DNA of 60,958 nucleotides from Candidatus Nomurabacteria bacterium (GCA_016196605.1 JACPXJ010000045.1:1-60958), one strand, 5' to 3'; numbered from the stretch's first letter, positions 31,401-44,660 are shown. Translations and numbers: made by a program. Notes: generated by a model not told the origin, from the letters alone.

Positions 31401-31612
31401 AAGGCTATGGCGCCGCCTATACCTTGCGTGAAATGTTGACGATCAAGTCTGATGACATACTCGGAAGATCTGCGACTTTCGATTCCATTATTAAAAATGA
31501 GACTATCCGGCCGCCGAACAGTCCGGCATCTTTCAACGTGCTTCTCAACTATCTGCGAGGGTTGGCGTTGGATGTCGACTTAAAAAAGAGTGAAAAGTCA
31601 TCAAGTTCATAA
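28403..31612 (+). CDS. rpoB: DNA-directed RNA polymerase subunit beta
   Basis: Full-length RpoB motifs (SQLSQFMAQENVL, GRHGNKGVIS, GGQRFGEMEVWALE). Confidence 0.97.
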   Translation: MHTIAKRPKKYFSRYKKPLAPFPNLIESQVKSFKWLVEKGIGEVFKEFSPIADYSAKKFQLEFTSFSLSECKYDESNAKINKLSYQGLLKARVKLTNKILGTVKEQEIFMSELPLMTSHGTFIINGVERVIVPQLARSFGVFFTESENKGSRYFGAKIIPARGVWIEIESEADGGIYIRIDKKRKFPTTALLRAMGYENNDAILKAFNDLAVKPPLGGLTAKLVEEAIKNSLAKDGIKSVNDAYIEMYKRLRDGDMATAENAKEFIDSLFTPERYDLSPVGRFRFNQRFSKGMDEAALARRTISKEDLATVVAHIITLNNTPGAKSDDIDHLGQRRVRFVGEILQQKVRTGMMQIKRNIQDRMSIIDVDTAMPIAIINQRPLQARIKEFFTTNQLSQFMAQENVLYEIEHLRTLSALGPGGLTRERAGLEVRDVHPSHYGRVCPIHTPEGPNIGLILHLSTYAKINDFGIIEAPYVKVSKGKITGEVVYLNALEEEKYNIAHAATPYDEKGVITEEKVEARIKTEPGAISRDQVDFIDVSPNQAFSIATSMIPFLEHNNANRALMGSNMQKQAVPCVLPEAPLVATGTEELASRDSGRLIIALEEGAVSYLDAKKIVVGGKKEKTYNLVNFMRNNNFAVFHQRPLVNIGDKVKKGEVLADTSSTVGGQISLGQNVFVAFLSWSGSTYEDAIIVSERLVKKSKFTSIYVEEFTCVVRDTKLGPEITTRDIPNVGEFKLKDLDEDGVVRIGAEVRENDILVGKITPKGETELTPEERLLRSIFAEKARDVKDTSLRVEHGKRGRIIGVKIFSRDLGHTLEAGIIKKIVIEVAQIRNISVGDKLSGRHGNKGVISTILPEEDMPYMADGTPIDIILSPLGVPSRMNLGQILEMHLGMAANSLGYQAIVPPFLGAKHEEIKEELVKAGLPENGKLKLFDGRTGEPFEQDVAVGYMYMLKLHHMVEDKIHMRSIGPYSLITQQPLGGKAQGGGQRFGEMEVWALEGYGAAYTLREMLTIKSDDILGRSATFDSIIKNETIRPPNSPASFNVLLNYLRGLALDVDLKKSEKSSSS
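29028..29069. repeat. 42-nt near-perfect palindrome (two tandem 21-nt hairpin units), in-frame in rpoB
   Basis: acttggcggttaaaccgcca-cttggcggtttaaccgccaagt. Translated as LAVKPPLGGLTAKL. Confidence 0.8.
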
Positions 31613-31682
31613 AGTCCATAAAGTAAATGCATTCTGAATCCAACTTTATAACTTTCAACTTTATAACTTTAAGAACTTAACT
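31597..31682. repeat. T array between rpoB and rpoC
   Basis: aagttcataaagtccataaagt ... actttataactttcaactttataactt. The left arm overlaps the rpoB stop. Confidence 0.7.
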
Positions 31683-31686
31683 ATAT

Positions 31687-35361
<3,675 letters not shown>

Positions 35362-35369
35362 GAAAAAAC

Positions 35370-35391
35370 GAAACCCCCTTTCGGGGGTTTC
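35370..35391 (+). terminator. putative terminator hairpin after rpoC
   Basis: aaaccccc-tttc-gggggttt. Confidence 0.55.
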
Positions 35392-35564
35392 TCGGGGTCT
35401 CCGACAAGGGAGACGTTTACAGGATAACTATAGCAAATAGAAATCAAATGTCAAGCGAAATTATCAACAATTTAATAACATATGGAAAATAACAAAAAAG
35501 TGCTCGGAGCGGTAGTCTTGATTGCAATTATTGACATTTCATTTCAATCAAATTCACCAAATAG

Positions 35565-35586
35565 CATCTACGCTATAGCGTAGATG
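35565..35586. promoter_or_regulatory. perfect 22-nt palindrome 9 nt upstream of the dnaG start
   Basis: catctacgcta|tagcgtagatg. Confidence 0.4.
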
Positions 35587-35594
35587 AAAAATTT

Positions 35595-37406
35595 ATGAGT
35601 TCATCGGTTGATCAAATAAAATCAAGAATAGATATCGTCTCGCTCGTGTCTTCCTATATGAAGCTCGACAAGTCGGGGAAAAGCTGGAAGGGCAAATGCC
35701 CGTTTCACAATGAAAAAACGCCGTCATTCTTTGTTTCGCCGGAGCGGGGCAGCTATTATTGTTTCGGCTGCGGGGCTTCGGGAGATATTTTTACTTTTGT
35801 CGAAGAGTTTGAGGGGCTGGACTTTAAAGGCGCGCTCAAACTTCTGGCTGACCGAGCCGGAGTGGTTCTCGAAGTTTACAGCAGGGAGAAGCAGGAAGAT
35901 AAAAGCGAAAAGGAAAAATTGTGTGAGGTGATGGAAGAGGCTACGAATTTCTTTGAGACTAATCTTGAAAGTAATATACAAGCGCAAGAATATTTGAAAT
36001 CCCGCGGACTTACAGAAAAAACTATCAAAGATTTCAGGATCGGCTGGGCTATTCTGGATTGGCGAAAGCTATATGATCACCTCAAATCCAAAAACTTTAC
36101 TGATAAAGAAATAGAGCTTGCGGGGCTGGCCAAGACCCCCTCCGCCCTTGGCACCTCCCCCTTATTGAGGGGGAGGGAGGGTGGGGGTCGTATGTATGAC
36201 CGCTTTCGCGGCCGAATTATGTTCCCTATTTCTGATCCAAGCGGCCGAATTATTGCCTTTTCAGGGCGCATTTTGGCGGATGACCCTTCGACAAGCTCAG
36301 GGCAGGTGGTAAGTCAAGCCAAGTATCTAAACAGTCCGGAGACTCCGATCTTTAATAAATCTTCGGTGCTTTTTGGCATAGACAAAGCGAAAGAATCGAT
36401 CCGCAAGAATAATTTTTCAATTCTGGTCGAAGGGCAGATGGACTTAGTCTTATCGCATCAGGCGGGATACAGAAATACGGTAGCCACTTCCGGTACCGCC
36501 TTGTCTGACTCTACAGTTTCCAAAGAAAATGTTATTTCGAATTTAGGGCTGGTACGCCGGCTTTCGCCCAATATTGTGCTCGCATTTGATGCCGATAAAG
36601 CGGGTTTCAACGCCGCTAACAGGGCCGGCAGGATCGCCCTATCCCTCGGCATGGATGTAAAGGTGGCGTCTTTGCCCGAAGGAGTCGATCCGGCGGATCT
36701 TATCTCAAAAAATGGAGGTGATGCATGGAAGGAAGCGATTAAAAATTCCAAGCATATTATCGAATTTATTCTTGGAAAGGTGATAAAAGACGCAGGAGAA
36801 GACACCCGCAAGGCTGGTAGACTTATCCGGGAAAAAGTATTACCTTATATAGATGCGATTGAAAGTTCAATCGAGCGGATGCACTTTCTTAAAAAGACAG
36901 CCGATGCTTCGGGGATAGGAGAGCAAGCGCTCAAGGATGATCTGGAGAAGGTAGCCCGGGATCAGAGGCATGAGAGGCGCGAGATCGAAGAAGCCAAAGA
37001 GTTTTCGAGAGAATCCAGAAAGGAATACATCTTAAGGAAACTGCTGGGGATTATTCTTTGGCAAAAAAGTTTGAAAGATAGCATTGCGGATCCGGATAAG
37101 GTAATGGAAAAAGTTAATCTTATTTTGAACGCGAGCAAGCAGGAATTATTGGAAAAAATAAAAACGAGCAGGGGAGATTTAATTTTCGAAGCAGAGGTGT
37201 TTTATGGGGAAAAGAAAGATAATTTAGAAAAAGATGTGAGCGAGCTTCTAAGAAATCTTGAAAAAGAGCATCTGAATGAAAAATTAGGGTTAAAAATGAG
37301 GGAATTGCATCATGCGGAAGAGATGAAAGATGCGGCAAAGTCTGAATTGATCATGAAAGAGATAAAAGAAATTAGCGCCAGAAAAGAAGAAATAAATAGG
37401 ATATGA
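35595..37406 (+). CDS. dnaG: DNA primase
   Basis: Zn ribbon [11 protein letters not shown]...CFGCG, RNA polymerase domain and Toprim (EGQMD, DADKAG). Confidence 0.93.
   Translation: MSSSVDQIKSRIDIVSLVSSYMKLDKSGKSWKGKCPFHNEKTPSFFVSPERGSYYCFGCGASGDIFTFVEEFEGLDFKGALKLLADRAGVVLEVYSREKQEDKSEKEKLCEVMEEATNFFETNLESNIQAQEYLKSRGLTEKTIKDFRIGWAILDWRKLYDHLKSKNFTDKEIELAGLAKTPSALGTSPLLRGREGGGRMYDRFRGRIMFPISDPSGRIIAFSGRILADDPSTSSGQVVSQAKYLNSPETPIFNKSSVLFGIDKAKESIRKNNFSILVEGQMDLVLSHQAGYRNTVATSGTALSDSTVSKENVISNLGLVRRLSPNIVLAFDADKAGFNAANRAGRIALSLGMDVKVASLPEGVDPADLISKNGGDAWKEAIKNSKHIIEFILGKVIKDAGEDTRKAGRLIREKVLPYIDAIESSIERMHFLKKTADASGIGEQALKDDLEKVARDQRHERREIEEAKEFSRESRKEYILRKLLGIILWQKSLKDSIADPDKVMEKVNLILNASKQELLEKIKTSRGDLIFEAEVFYGEKKDNLEKDVSELLRNLEKEHLNEKLGLKMRELHHAEEMKDAAKSELIMKEIKEISARKEEINRI
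36134..36190. repeat. P element, in-frame in dnaG
   Basis: gaccccctccgccc-ttggca-cctccccctt-att-gagggggagg-gagggtgggggtc. Translated as [18 protein letters not shown]. Confidence 0.8.
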
Positions 37407-38608
37407 ACGCAAAAACAAAAAAGAAAAAGAAGGCCAAAGGCAATAAATCCCGACCCAAATCCAGGATCAAAAAAAGGAGAGCAAAAGTTTTCAGAAAAAA
37501 CAGGGCATCTGTAAAACTCATCAAACTAACGGGAGCGGAACGGAAACAGCAGAATCTCTCCGCAATGGCAAACGACCTTATAGAAAAAGGGCGGAAGCGG
37601 GGTTTTATCACTTACGATGAGATACTAAAAACATTTCCGGATATTGAGAATAATATCCTATTTTTGGACGAGCTTTATGAGAAATTTGCCATTGCCGGGA
37701 TAGATGTTCTCGAAGGAGGAAATTTACTCAATCTTAGCGCCGAACTCTCCGACAAGGATCTCAACAAGTCCACCATGCATGATTCCATTCAGATGTACCT
37801 GAAGGAGATCGGACAGTATCCGCTCATCCGCGCGAGCGACGAAAAAGACCTGGCCAAGCGCATCGAACATGGAGATCTGGAGGCGAAGAACCTGCTCGCG
37901 AGAGCGAACCTCCGTCTGGTGGTTTCCATTGCCAAAAAATATGTCGGACGTTCCGCCAATCTCACCTTGCTCGATCTTATTCAGGAAGGGAATCTGGGGC
38001 TGTTCAAGGCGGTGGAAAAATTTGACTGGACCAAGGGCTATAAATTTTCCACCTATGCGACCTGGTGGATCCGCCAGTCCATCACCCGCGCCCTGGCTGA
38101 CCAGTCCCGCACTATCCGCATACCTGTGCATATGGTGGAAACTATTTCTAAGTACAAACAAACTCACCGTAGGCTTTCACAAGATTTAGGACGAGAACCT
38201 CTAGCTGAAGAGATTGCCACCGAAATGGGTATTCCTGTGGAAAAAATACATGTGATTGAAAATATTTCTCAAGAGACCGTTTCGCTCGAACAGCCGGTCG
38301 GAGACGATGATGACAAATCAACCCTCGAAAACTTTATTCCGGATGACAAAATTTTGCGTCCCGATCAGGAATCTTCCCGTCGCATTCTTTCTGATCAAAT
38401 CCGCGAAGTTCTGAACGAGCTCAATCCGAAAGAAAAAAAAATTCTTGAAATGCGCTACGGGCTTCTGGATGGCATTCAGCATACTTTGGAACGAGTAGGA
38501 GAGGAGTTCGGCGTCACCCGCGAGCGCATCCGCCAAATCGAAGCCAAAGTTCACGAAAAGCTCCGCCAGCACGAAAAAATTTCTCGGTTGAAAAACTACT
38601 TTGACTAA
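37403..38608 (+). CDS. rpoD: RNA polymerase sigma factor RpoD (Lys-rich N-terminus)
   Basis: Regions 2-4 ([50 protein letters not shown]). Overlaps the dnaG stop by 4 nt. Confidence 0.95.
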   Translation: MNAKTKKKKKAKGNKSRPKSRIKKRRAKVFRKNRASVKLIKLTGAERKQQNLSAMANDLIEKGRKRGFITYDEILKTFPDIENNILFLDELYEKFAIAGIDVLEGGNLLNLSAELSDKDLNKSTMHDSIQMYLKEIGQYPLIRASDEKDLAKRIEHGDLEAKNLLARANLRLVVSIAKKYVGRSANLTLLDLIQEGNLGLFKAVEKFDWTKGYKFSTYATWWIRQSITRALADQSRTIRIPVHMVETISKYKQTHRRLSQDLGREPLAEEIATEMGIPVEKIHVIENISQETVSLEQPVGDDDDKSTLENFIPDDKILRPDQESSRRILSDQIREVLNELNPKEKKILEMRYGLLDGIQHTLERVGEEFGVTRERIRQIEAKVHEKLRQHEKISRLKNYFD

Positions 38609-38618
38609 GTTTTTTCTC

Positions 38619-38654
38619 TGTCAAACATCTTTGTCAAACATCGGGTGTTTGACA
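38619..38654. repeat. S-type REP: half site plus full palindrome TGTCAAACATCGGGTGTTTGACA, 5' of RAYT-1
   Basis: tgtcaaacatc (38619-38629) and tgtcaaacatcgggtgtttgaca (38632-38654). Confidence 0.8.
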
Positions 38655-38683
38655 TTTGATATTGTTTAGTATAGAGTTGATTC

Positions 38684-39364
38684 ATGAACAGAGATAATAT
38701 TTCAGTTGATGAGTATTACCATATTTATAATAGGGGAGTAGGTAAAAAGATAATTTTCAAGGACGACAGAGATAGGATCCGTTTCTTGTTTCTTATTTTG
38801 TATTTTCAAGCAGAAAATAACTTTCCACAAATTTCGAGAATTATATCCTCTTTTGTCAAACATCGAGTGTTTGACATTGATAATAAAATTATAAATAATA
38901 TAATCTCGAAAAGATTTGTCGAGTTGGCAGGTTTTGCTCTGGTGTCTAACCACTTTCATCTAATTGTTAAAGAAGCAAAAGAGGGTGGTATTGGAAAATA
39001 TATGCAAAGGGTTTTGAATTCTTATACAAAATATTTTAATACTCGTTATGGAGTTACGGGGCATCTTTTTGAAGGTCCTTATAAAGCGGTTCATGTTGAA
39101 GACAATGAACAGTTGTTGCACCTTTCCGCTTACGTACATCTAAATCCGCGAGAATTAAGCGAATGGAGAAAGAGGGAAGATAGCTTTCCTTGGTCAAGCT
39201 ATCAAGATTATGTAAAAGAAAATCGTTGGGGATATCTTCTGAAGAATGAAATTATCGTTGAGCAGTTTAGAAATAAAAAAGAATATAAAGATTTTGTCGA
39301 AACCAGTGGCGCAAAAGAGCTAGAAGAGGAGCTTGCTATAGACTGTCAAACATCGGGTGTTTGA
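38684..39364 (+). CDS. REP-associated tyrosine transposase-like protein (IS200/Y1 HUH family), RAYT-1
   Basis: YHIYNRGV N-terminus, HUH motif SNHFHLIV, conserved GHLFEGPYKAV and catalytic-Tyr region LSAYVHLNP. Confidence 0.75.
   Translation: MNRDNISVDEYYHIYNRGVGKKIIFKDDRDRIRFLFLILYFQAENNFPQISRIISSFVKHRVFDIDNKIINNIISKRFVELAGFALVSNHFHLIVKEAKEGGIGKYMQRVLNSYTKYFNTRYGVTGHLFEGPYKAVHVEDNEQLLHLSAYVHLNPRELSEWRKREDSFPWSSYQDYVKENRWGYLLKNEIIVEQFRNKKEYKDFVETSGAKELEEELAIDCQTSGV
38854..38876. repeat. S-type REP copy inside the RAYT-1 coding sequence
   Basis: tgtcaaacatcgagtgtttgaca. Translated as FVKHRVFDI. Confidence 0.75.
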
Positions 39365-39366
39365 CA
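39344..39366. repeat. S-type REP at the 3' end of RAYT-1 (supplies the last codons and the stop)
   Basis: tgtcaaacatcgggtgtttgaca. Confidence 0.8.
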
Positions 39367-39394
39367 ATTATTCTACCCAAAGAGTTATTTTAAT

Positions 39395-40066
39395 TTAAAT
39401 TTCAAAGACTTTGTCGGTGTATTTCCAGAAGCCGTCGTTGCCTTTCTGTTCGGAGGCGCACTCTGTTTCCTCTGCTTTTCTCTTTGCATTAGGATGAAGC
39501 TTGGGTATAGGGAAGTGCCGGTAGACCCACGCGACATCAGTGTTTTCTTTTACAATTCGATGCATGGTGTTATGAAATGTCTTGCAGAACGGGCAGTCGA
39601 GGTCGGAATATTCCACTACTATTATTTTTGCGTCCGCGCTTCCCAAAATATGGTCGTCAGGTGAGACTGGCTTCAGCTGTTTTTCTATTGGCTCTGGAGT
39701 GCCGTCTTTTATCCTTTTTATATTTTGCATTACTATTTCATATGGCTGAGCTCCGGGTATGGAGTCATACGCCTTGCCGTCGGGTCCCTCGAAGGAGTAA
39801 ACCTTGCCGTCTTTCAATATAAATGATGTCGGGGTGCCGTTAACTCCTGCTGCGATCCCTCCACTTATGTCTGCTTCAACTTTGTTTTTAAACTTCCCTT
39901 CCGCCACGCAGGAATTAAAAGCTTTTTCTTTAAGCCCTATTTGTTTTGCGATTGAAGCTTCTGCTTTCGGGGCACTATTGTTTTTTAATAAAATAGCTCC
40001 GGCGATAAGGACTCCAGCAATGATAATGGCCCCAGCTATCTGTTTTGCAGCATCATTTTTTTCCAT
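39395..40066 (-). CDS. membrane-anchored DsbA-like thiol:disulfide oxidoreductase
   Basis: N-terminal TM helix. Thioredoxin-fold CPFC active site (YSDLDCPFCKTFH). Confidence 0.75.
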   Translation of the reverse strand: MEKNDAAKQIAGAIIIAGVLIAGAILLKNNSAPKAEASIAKQIGLKEKAFNSCVAEGKFKNKVEADISGGIAAGVNGTPTSFILKDGKVYSFEGPDGKAYDSIPGAQPYEIVMQNIKRIKDGTPEPIEKQLKPVSPDDHILGSADAKIIVVEYSDLDCPFCKTFHNTMHRIVKENTDVAWVYRHFPIPKLHPNAKRKAEETECASEQKGNDGFWKYTDKVFEI

Positions 40067-40174
40067 ATCCCCATTATAGCATTGTTTTAAAAAAGTAGTA
40101 TAATTAGGGTATTAAAATTACTGTCCCTGTGGTCGAAAGGACACGCGCTATTATTAATTTTTTAAAATATATTT

Positions 40175-40462
40175 ATGTGTCATGGAAATTGGGGTGGACG
40201 CTGCACTACTGGCCTGATCGCTAAGATCCTGCTTGTAGTGGGCGGCATTAACTGGGGTTTGGTGGGTGTGGGAATGCTCATGGATGCCGACTGGAACGTT
40301 ATCAATATGCTCCTCGGATCCTGGTCGGCTGTAGAAGCTATAGTCTACATCTTGGTGGGCATCGCGGCTATTGTCAAGATTTTTGGCTGCAGATGCAAGG
40401 TCTGTATGGCCGGATGCTCTTGCGAACCGAACACTATGGACAATGCTAATAAGCCAATGTAG
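40175..40462 (+). CDS. DUF378-like small membrane protein with a Cys-rich tail
   Basis: GGINWGLVGVGML motif. C-terminal GCRCKVCMAGCSC. Confidence 0.6.
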   Translation: MCHGNWGGRCTTGLIAKILLVVGGINWGLVGVGMLMDADWNVINMLLGSWSAVEAIVYILVGIAAIVKIFGCRCKVCMAGCSCEPNTMDNANKPM

Positions 40463-40482
40463 TTTTAACAGCTTATTTCCTT

Positions 40483-40510
40483 AAAAAGCCCTTTAAAAAG
40501 GGCTTTTTTG
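40483..40510 (+). terminator. intrinsic terminator
   Basis: aaaaagccctttaaaaagggctttttt. Confidence 0.7.
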
Positions 40511-40546
40511 TTGCTTTTTATGTGAAAAAATGATACAGTCAAACCG

Positions 40547-41791
40547 ATGTTTTTGTTGCAGGATATAATCTTTTATGTTTTGGCCTTTTTGTCCGTTTAC
40601 ATACAGGTCTTTTTTTTCGTCACTTTTCTGGAGAACAGAAAAAGAATAGTCGTTCGAGAAGGCCATCCCGAGCTGTCGAGCTATCCGGCAGTTACCATCG
40701 CTGTGCCATGCTGGAACGAAGAGCATACGCTCCCGGCGACCATACAGTCGCTACGCGATTTAAATTATCCGAAAAACAAGCTCACGATATTTCTTATTGA
40801 CGACGGGTCTACTGACGGCACCTGGAATATAATCCAAAAATTTGCCCAGTATCCAAATGTAAAAATTTTTCGGAAAGAAAATGGGGGAAAGCATACAGCG
40901 CTTAACCTCGCGCTTGAAAATACGGAGACTGACTTTTTCGGCGGCCTCGATGCGGATTCCACTATCCATCCGGAATCTCTTGCCCGCATTATGAGCTATT
41001 TTGAGAAAGATAAAAGCGCTATGGCTGTGGCTCCTTCCGTTATCGTGTATAATCCTAAAAAATTCATCCAGAATGCCCAGAAGACAGAATACGACATGGG
41101 TGTTTATTTAAAAAAGATGCTAGGGTTTCTCGGCGCGATACCGGTGACCCCCGGTCCCTTAACCATCTTTCGCAAAAAAGTTTTTGACGATTTAGGGCAT
41201 TACCGTCACGGCCACAATACCGAAGATATGGAGATCGCTTATCGGATGCATAAGAACCATTACAAGATCGAGTATTGCAACGATGCCTTCGTCTATACCA
41301 ATTCTCCCTCGGATGTAAAAAAGCTCTACAGGCAGAGACTCCGCTGGATCTATGGTTTCATCAATAATACTATCGACTATCGCCAAGTCCTGTTTGATAA
41401 AAAATATGGCAATTTCTCTTTCTTTACCCTTCCGGTGGGGGTCATTTCCATCTTAGCAGTCTCTTATCTTTTTGTGAGAATTATTCTTTTTTTTGGATAT
41501 TTTGTTTATTCAAAAATTGTAGTTTTAAGCGCGCTCGGATGGAATTTTGATTTTCGCGTTCCCAGCTTTGATTTTTTCTTTATCCATGCCCCCGCCTTCA
41601 GTTTCCTTATCGCTCTTATATATTCCTTGGTGATTTTCTCGATGATTTTCGGAAGAAAGATGACCAATGAAAAGCGGATTTTTTCACTCGACATACTTTA
41701 TTTCTTTCCGGTCTTCATTCTCATAGCTCCATTTTGGTTTTTTCAAGCGATTTACAGCACCATTATCAGAAGGCGGCCGGCCTGGCGATAA
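40547..41791 (+). CDS. processive family-2 glycosyltransferase (PgaC/NodC/cellulose-synthase-like)
   Basis: IDDGSTD, GGKHTALN, LDADS, and the QxxRW motif (RQRLRWIYG), flanked by TM helices. Confidence 0.85.
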   Translation: MFLLQDIIFYVLAFLSVYIQVFFFVTFLENRKRIVVREGHPELSSYPAVTIAVPCWNEEHTLPATIQSLRDLNYPKNKLTIFLIDDGSTDGTWNIIQKFAQYPNVKIFRKENGGKHTALNLALENTETDFFGGLDADSTIHPESLARIMSYFEKDKSAMAVAPSVIVYNPKKFIQNAQKTEYDMGVYLKKMLGFLGAIPVTPGPLTIFRKKVFDDLGHYRHGHNTEDMEIAYRMHKNHYKIEYCNDAFVYTNSPSDVKKLYRQRLRWIYGFINNTIDYRQVLFDKKYGNFSFFTLPVGVISILAVSYLFVRIILFFGYFVYSKIVVLSALGWNFDFRVPSFDFFFIHAPAFSFLIALIYSLVIFSMIFGRKMTNEKRIFSLDILYFFPVFILIAPFWFFQAIYSTIIRRRPAWR

Positions 41792-41794
41792 GCT

Positions 41795-42439
41795 ATGAAT
41801 AACAATATAGATTGGAAAAAATATTTAATTGTGTTCTTGATTACGGCGGGTCTTTTTGTGACTGCTATTTATTTGGGTAATTATTTCGGCGACAAAAAGC
41901 TTAGCCAGCTGGAATTTATTCAGGATCAGATATCAATTGACATTCTTTCAACCGAGACCCAATTCTCTTTGCTTTCCGAGCTGTCGTGCAAAAACATCTC
42001 TGACTCGGTATTTGCCCCGGAGCTCGGAGAGCTGGGCAGCAAGCTGGAGTGGAGCGAGAACAACATCGGCGCGACCAAGGAAGTGGTATACCTCCGGAAA
42101 TATTACTCTCTGCTTCAAATCAAGGATTACCTTTTGGCAAAAAAGATTTCCGAGCGCTGCGGCGCAAAGTCCGCGTTTATCCTTTATTTTTACACCACGC
42201 TGGAAAATTGTCGGGAGTGCAAAAGGCAGGAAATAGTGCTGACGAATCTGCGCGAGCGCTACCCGGAGCTCAAGGTTTATTCGTTTGATTACAGCACCAA
42301 GCTCGGGGCGGTGGAAGCGATGCTCCAGATTTACAAGATAAAGGATACCGAGCTTCCGGCTCTGGTGGTGAATGAAGACGTGCTGTCCGGCTTTCAGTCA
42401 ATAGATGAACTTGAGAAAAGAATAGAAAAGGTTCTTTGA
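41795..42439 (+). CDS. hypothetical membrane-anchored protein with CxxC (thioredoxin-like?)
   Basis: N-terminal TM helix. CRECKRQ motif. Confidence 0.4.
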   Translation: MNNNIDWKKYLIVFLITAGLFVTAIYLGNYFGDKKLSQLEFIQDQISIDILSTETQFSLLSELSCKNISDSVFAPELGELGSKLEWSENNIGATKEVVYLRKYYSLLQIKDYLLAKKISERCGAKSAFILYFYTTLENCRECKRQEIVLTNLRERYPELKVYSFDYSTKLGAVEAMLQIYKIKDTELPALVVNEDVLSGFQSIDELEKRIEKVL

Positions 42440-42511
42440 GCCACCTCTCGGGCTTGAACCGAGGACCTTCGCTTTACAAAAGCGTTGCTCTACCAACTGA
42501 GCTAAGGTGGC
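42439..42511 (-). tRNA. tRNA-Thr (anticodon UGU), no encoded CCA
   Basis: Reverse complement gccacct-ta-gctcagttggtagagc-a-acgct-ttTGTaa-agcga-aggtc-ctcgg-ttcaagc-ccgag-aggtggc-t. Folded by hand. Confidence 0.9.
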
Positions 42512-42544
42512 TTATGAGTCAGACTAGCATATTTTTTACATCAT

Positions 42545-42940
42545 TTACAAGTTTTCTTCCTCGCTGATCCGGTGCTTGATCTCCCGTATTTTGTGCTTAT
42601 ATTCTCCGATAATTCGCAGGAATTTGGAAATTTCCTTCTTTTCTCCATTCATATTGCTTGCTTCTGTTTTTTGTTTTATTTTCGCCTTTAGAGATTCGTA
42701 TTTATATTTCAAGAAATTAGTTCCCCGGATATACCATCGAAGCGTCATTACCAGGGCGGCGTATCCGTGTTTTTTCGCATTCTGCAAGGCCTTTTCCTTT
42801 ACTTCTTTGAAATAGGGGAGTTCAAGCGGAAATTGTTCATTCTCCGTCAAAGATTCCTTTGGGACAGTCGGGAGTTTTCTCGCGATCATCGTTATGATGG
42901 AGAGGAGGGAGGCCGAGAATAAAATTAAAGGAATAGACAT
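42545..42940 (-). CDS. hypothetical membrane protein
   Basis: ORF with an N-terminal TM helix. Confidence 0.4.
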   Translation of the reverse strand: MSIPLILFSASLLSIITMIARKLPTVPKESLTENEQFPLELPYFKEVKEKALQNAKKHGYAALVMTLRWYIRGTNFLKYKYESLKAKIKQKTEASNMNGEKKEISKFLRIIGEYKHKIREIKHRISEEENL

Positions 42941-42957
42941 TTTGGCTGGATTAACGG

Positions 42958-43620
42958 TTAAATTGAACAGCGCCTGACTTCTTTTATCGCGGCTTTGGAT
43001 TTCTTCAGAAGTTTCCCGACAGTTTCATCCGGATTCTTGATGAATGGCTGCTCCAGAAGTTCTGGAATGTTTTCCGATTGCATGGCGGCAACATGCATGG
43101 CGACATCTTTGGCGAGCTCTGTGTTGCCGCCGGAGAGAGAAACTATCACTGCTATCTTGCTGTTGTGGACATAATCACCTAGAACATCGCCGCTTGCCTC
43201 ATATACTTCGCCCAATTGGATATTCTCCCCGGTTTTTTGGATAACGGGGTCGATCATATCTTTTGCCTCTTTTTTCCAGCCCAAGGCTGGTCCGCCTTGG
43301 GCGGACATTTTTTCCAAAGCCAAATCTGCAAGATCACTAAGCAGCTTCAAAAAATCCGCGTTTCTGGAAACAAAGTCGGTCTCACAGTGTAAAGACACCA
43401 AGACTGCTTTTTTGCCGCTCTTTTTAATCATTACCGCGCCGTCCAATGCTACCCGGCCTCCTTTCTTCTCTGCGATATCCGAGCTTACCTTTTTAAGTAT
43501 TGCCAGCGCCTTTTTTTGGTCGCCCTCGGCTTCTTCTAGAGCGCGCTTGCATTGCATGACGGAAATGCCGGTCGCATCTCTCAATTCTTTTATTTGTTCT
43601 GTTGTAATCTGAATTGGCAT
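42958..43620 (-). CDS. tsf: elongation factor Ts (short form)
   Basis: IKELRDATGISVMQCKRALEEAEGDQKKALAILKK UBA-like N-terminus. Lies downstream of rpsB. Confidence 0.9.
   Translation of the reverse strand: MPIQITTEQIKELRDATGISVMQCKRALEEAEGDQKKALAILKKVSSDIAEKKGGRVALDGAVMIKKSGKKAVLVSLHCETDFVSRNADFLKLLSDLADLALEKMSAQGGPALGWKKEAKDMIDPVIQKTGENIQLGEVYEASGDVLGDYVHNSKIAVIVSLSGGNTELAKDVAMHVAAMQSENIPELLEQPFIKNPDETVGKLLKKSKAAIKEVRRCSI
43276..43305. repeat. GC-rich double hairpin in-frame in tsf
   Basis: ccagcc-caa-ggctgg and tccgcc-ttg-ggcgga (alternatively cccaaggc/gccttggg). Encodes SAQGGPALGW on the minus strand. Confidence 0.55.
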
Positions 43621-43624
43621 GATT

Positions 43625-43713
43625 GTAAGTTATAAAGTTATAAAGTTGAAAGTTATAAAGTTTAATTCAGCAGTACACTTACTTGATGGACTTTATAACT
43701 TTACACTTTCAAC
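43625..43713. repeat. T array between rpsB and tsf
   Basis: aagttataaagttataaagttgaaagttataaagtt ... gactttataactttacactttcaac. Confidence 0.7.
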
Positions 43714-44474
43714 TAATTCTGTGGTACAGAATTCTGGCCCGACTTGTAGGCGTCTACGAGGTGCTCTGTGAAAAACTTTACGGAAGGCACGCTCCCATCA
43801 TTGCCCAGGATGGGGTAATCGACGCCTTTTATGTTTGAGTCGGAATTTACCAGAGCCACGATAGGCACACCTCTCTTTTTTGCCTCGGTGGCCGCGATGT
43901 GCTCCGCTTTGGCATCTATCACCAAGAGCGCATCCGGAGCCTTCTTGAGCCCCAAAAGGCCGGTGTAGTACCGCGCCAGCTTTTCCATTTTTTTAGCCAT
44001 GACCACTCGTTCTTTTTTGGTGTATTTATCGAGTCCGCCTTCTCTGCTATCTCTCTGGTAATTTTCAAGCTCGGTGATCCTCTTCTTTATTTCGACAAAG
44101 TTGCTGAGCGTGCCCCCGATCCAGCGTTCCGTGACATAGGGCATATTCAAAGATTCTGCCGCATTTTTGGTTATCTCCTTAGCTTCCGGCTTAGTGCCTA
44201 CAAAAAGGACAATTTTGCCCTCCGCGCCCAGCTTACGGAGAAATTCGGAGGCGTTTTCGAGCATGGCGCTTGTCTTTTCAAGGTCGATCACATCGCTTTT
44301 GTTTTTTGTGGCGTAGATATATTTTGCGAGGCTAGGATGGCGTCTGGTCTTGGAATAGCCATAATGCGCTCCCGCCTTGAACATTTTTTCGATAATGTTT
44401 TCAGTATCTATTTTTTTTATATCTGTCTTTTGCATCCCGTTAGAGGCAGGTCGCGTTCGCTTTGACTCTGACAC
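43713..44474 (-). CDS. rpsB: 30S ribosomal protein S2
   Basis: MFKAGAHYGYSKTRRHP, LFVGTK, ERWIGGTLSNF, DPILGNDG-type motifs. Confidence 0.93.
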   Translation of the reverse strand: MSESKRTRPASNGMQKTDIKKIDTENIIEKMFKAGAHYGYSKTRRHPSLAKYIYATKNKSDVIDLEKTSAMLENASEFLRKLGAEGKIVLFVGTKPEAKEITKNAAESLNMPYVTERWIGGTLSNFVEIKKRITELENYQRDSREGGLDKYTKKERVVMAKKMEKLARYYTGLLGLKKAPDALLVIDAKAEHIAATEAKKRGVPIVALVNSDSNIKGVDYPILGNDGSVPSVKFFTEHLVDAYKSGQNSVPQN

Positions 44475-44607
44475 TGCCTTAAATTAAAACTAGTAATGAT
44501 TTTCAAATTTTTGTTCCCGTATGCGACCGCGGTCTCTAACGGGATTGCATATGGGTCAATATAGCAGAAAGGAATCGATTTTGCAAACTCACTCAAGCTT
44601 TTTTTCC

Positions 44608-44634
44608 AGTGGTCAACCTGCCAGGTTGACCACT
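44608..44634. repeat. R-type REP (aGTGGTCAACCTGcCAGGTTGACCACt), 5' of RAYT-2
   Basis: The central base is C here and G in the other copies, so this copy is in the opposite orientation. Confidence 0.85.
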
Positions 44635-44660
44635 TTGATTATCGGGTATACAATAAAGGC

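Noticed and set aside
40493-40726. A 77-aa minus-strand ORF upstream of and overlapping the glycosyltransferase start.
   Set aside because: It overlaps the terminator hairpin at 40483-40510 and the 5' end of the well-supported GT2 gene. It has no features of its own.
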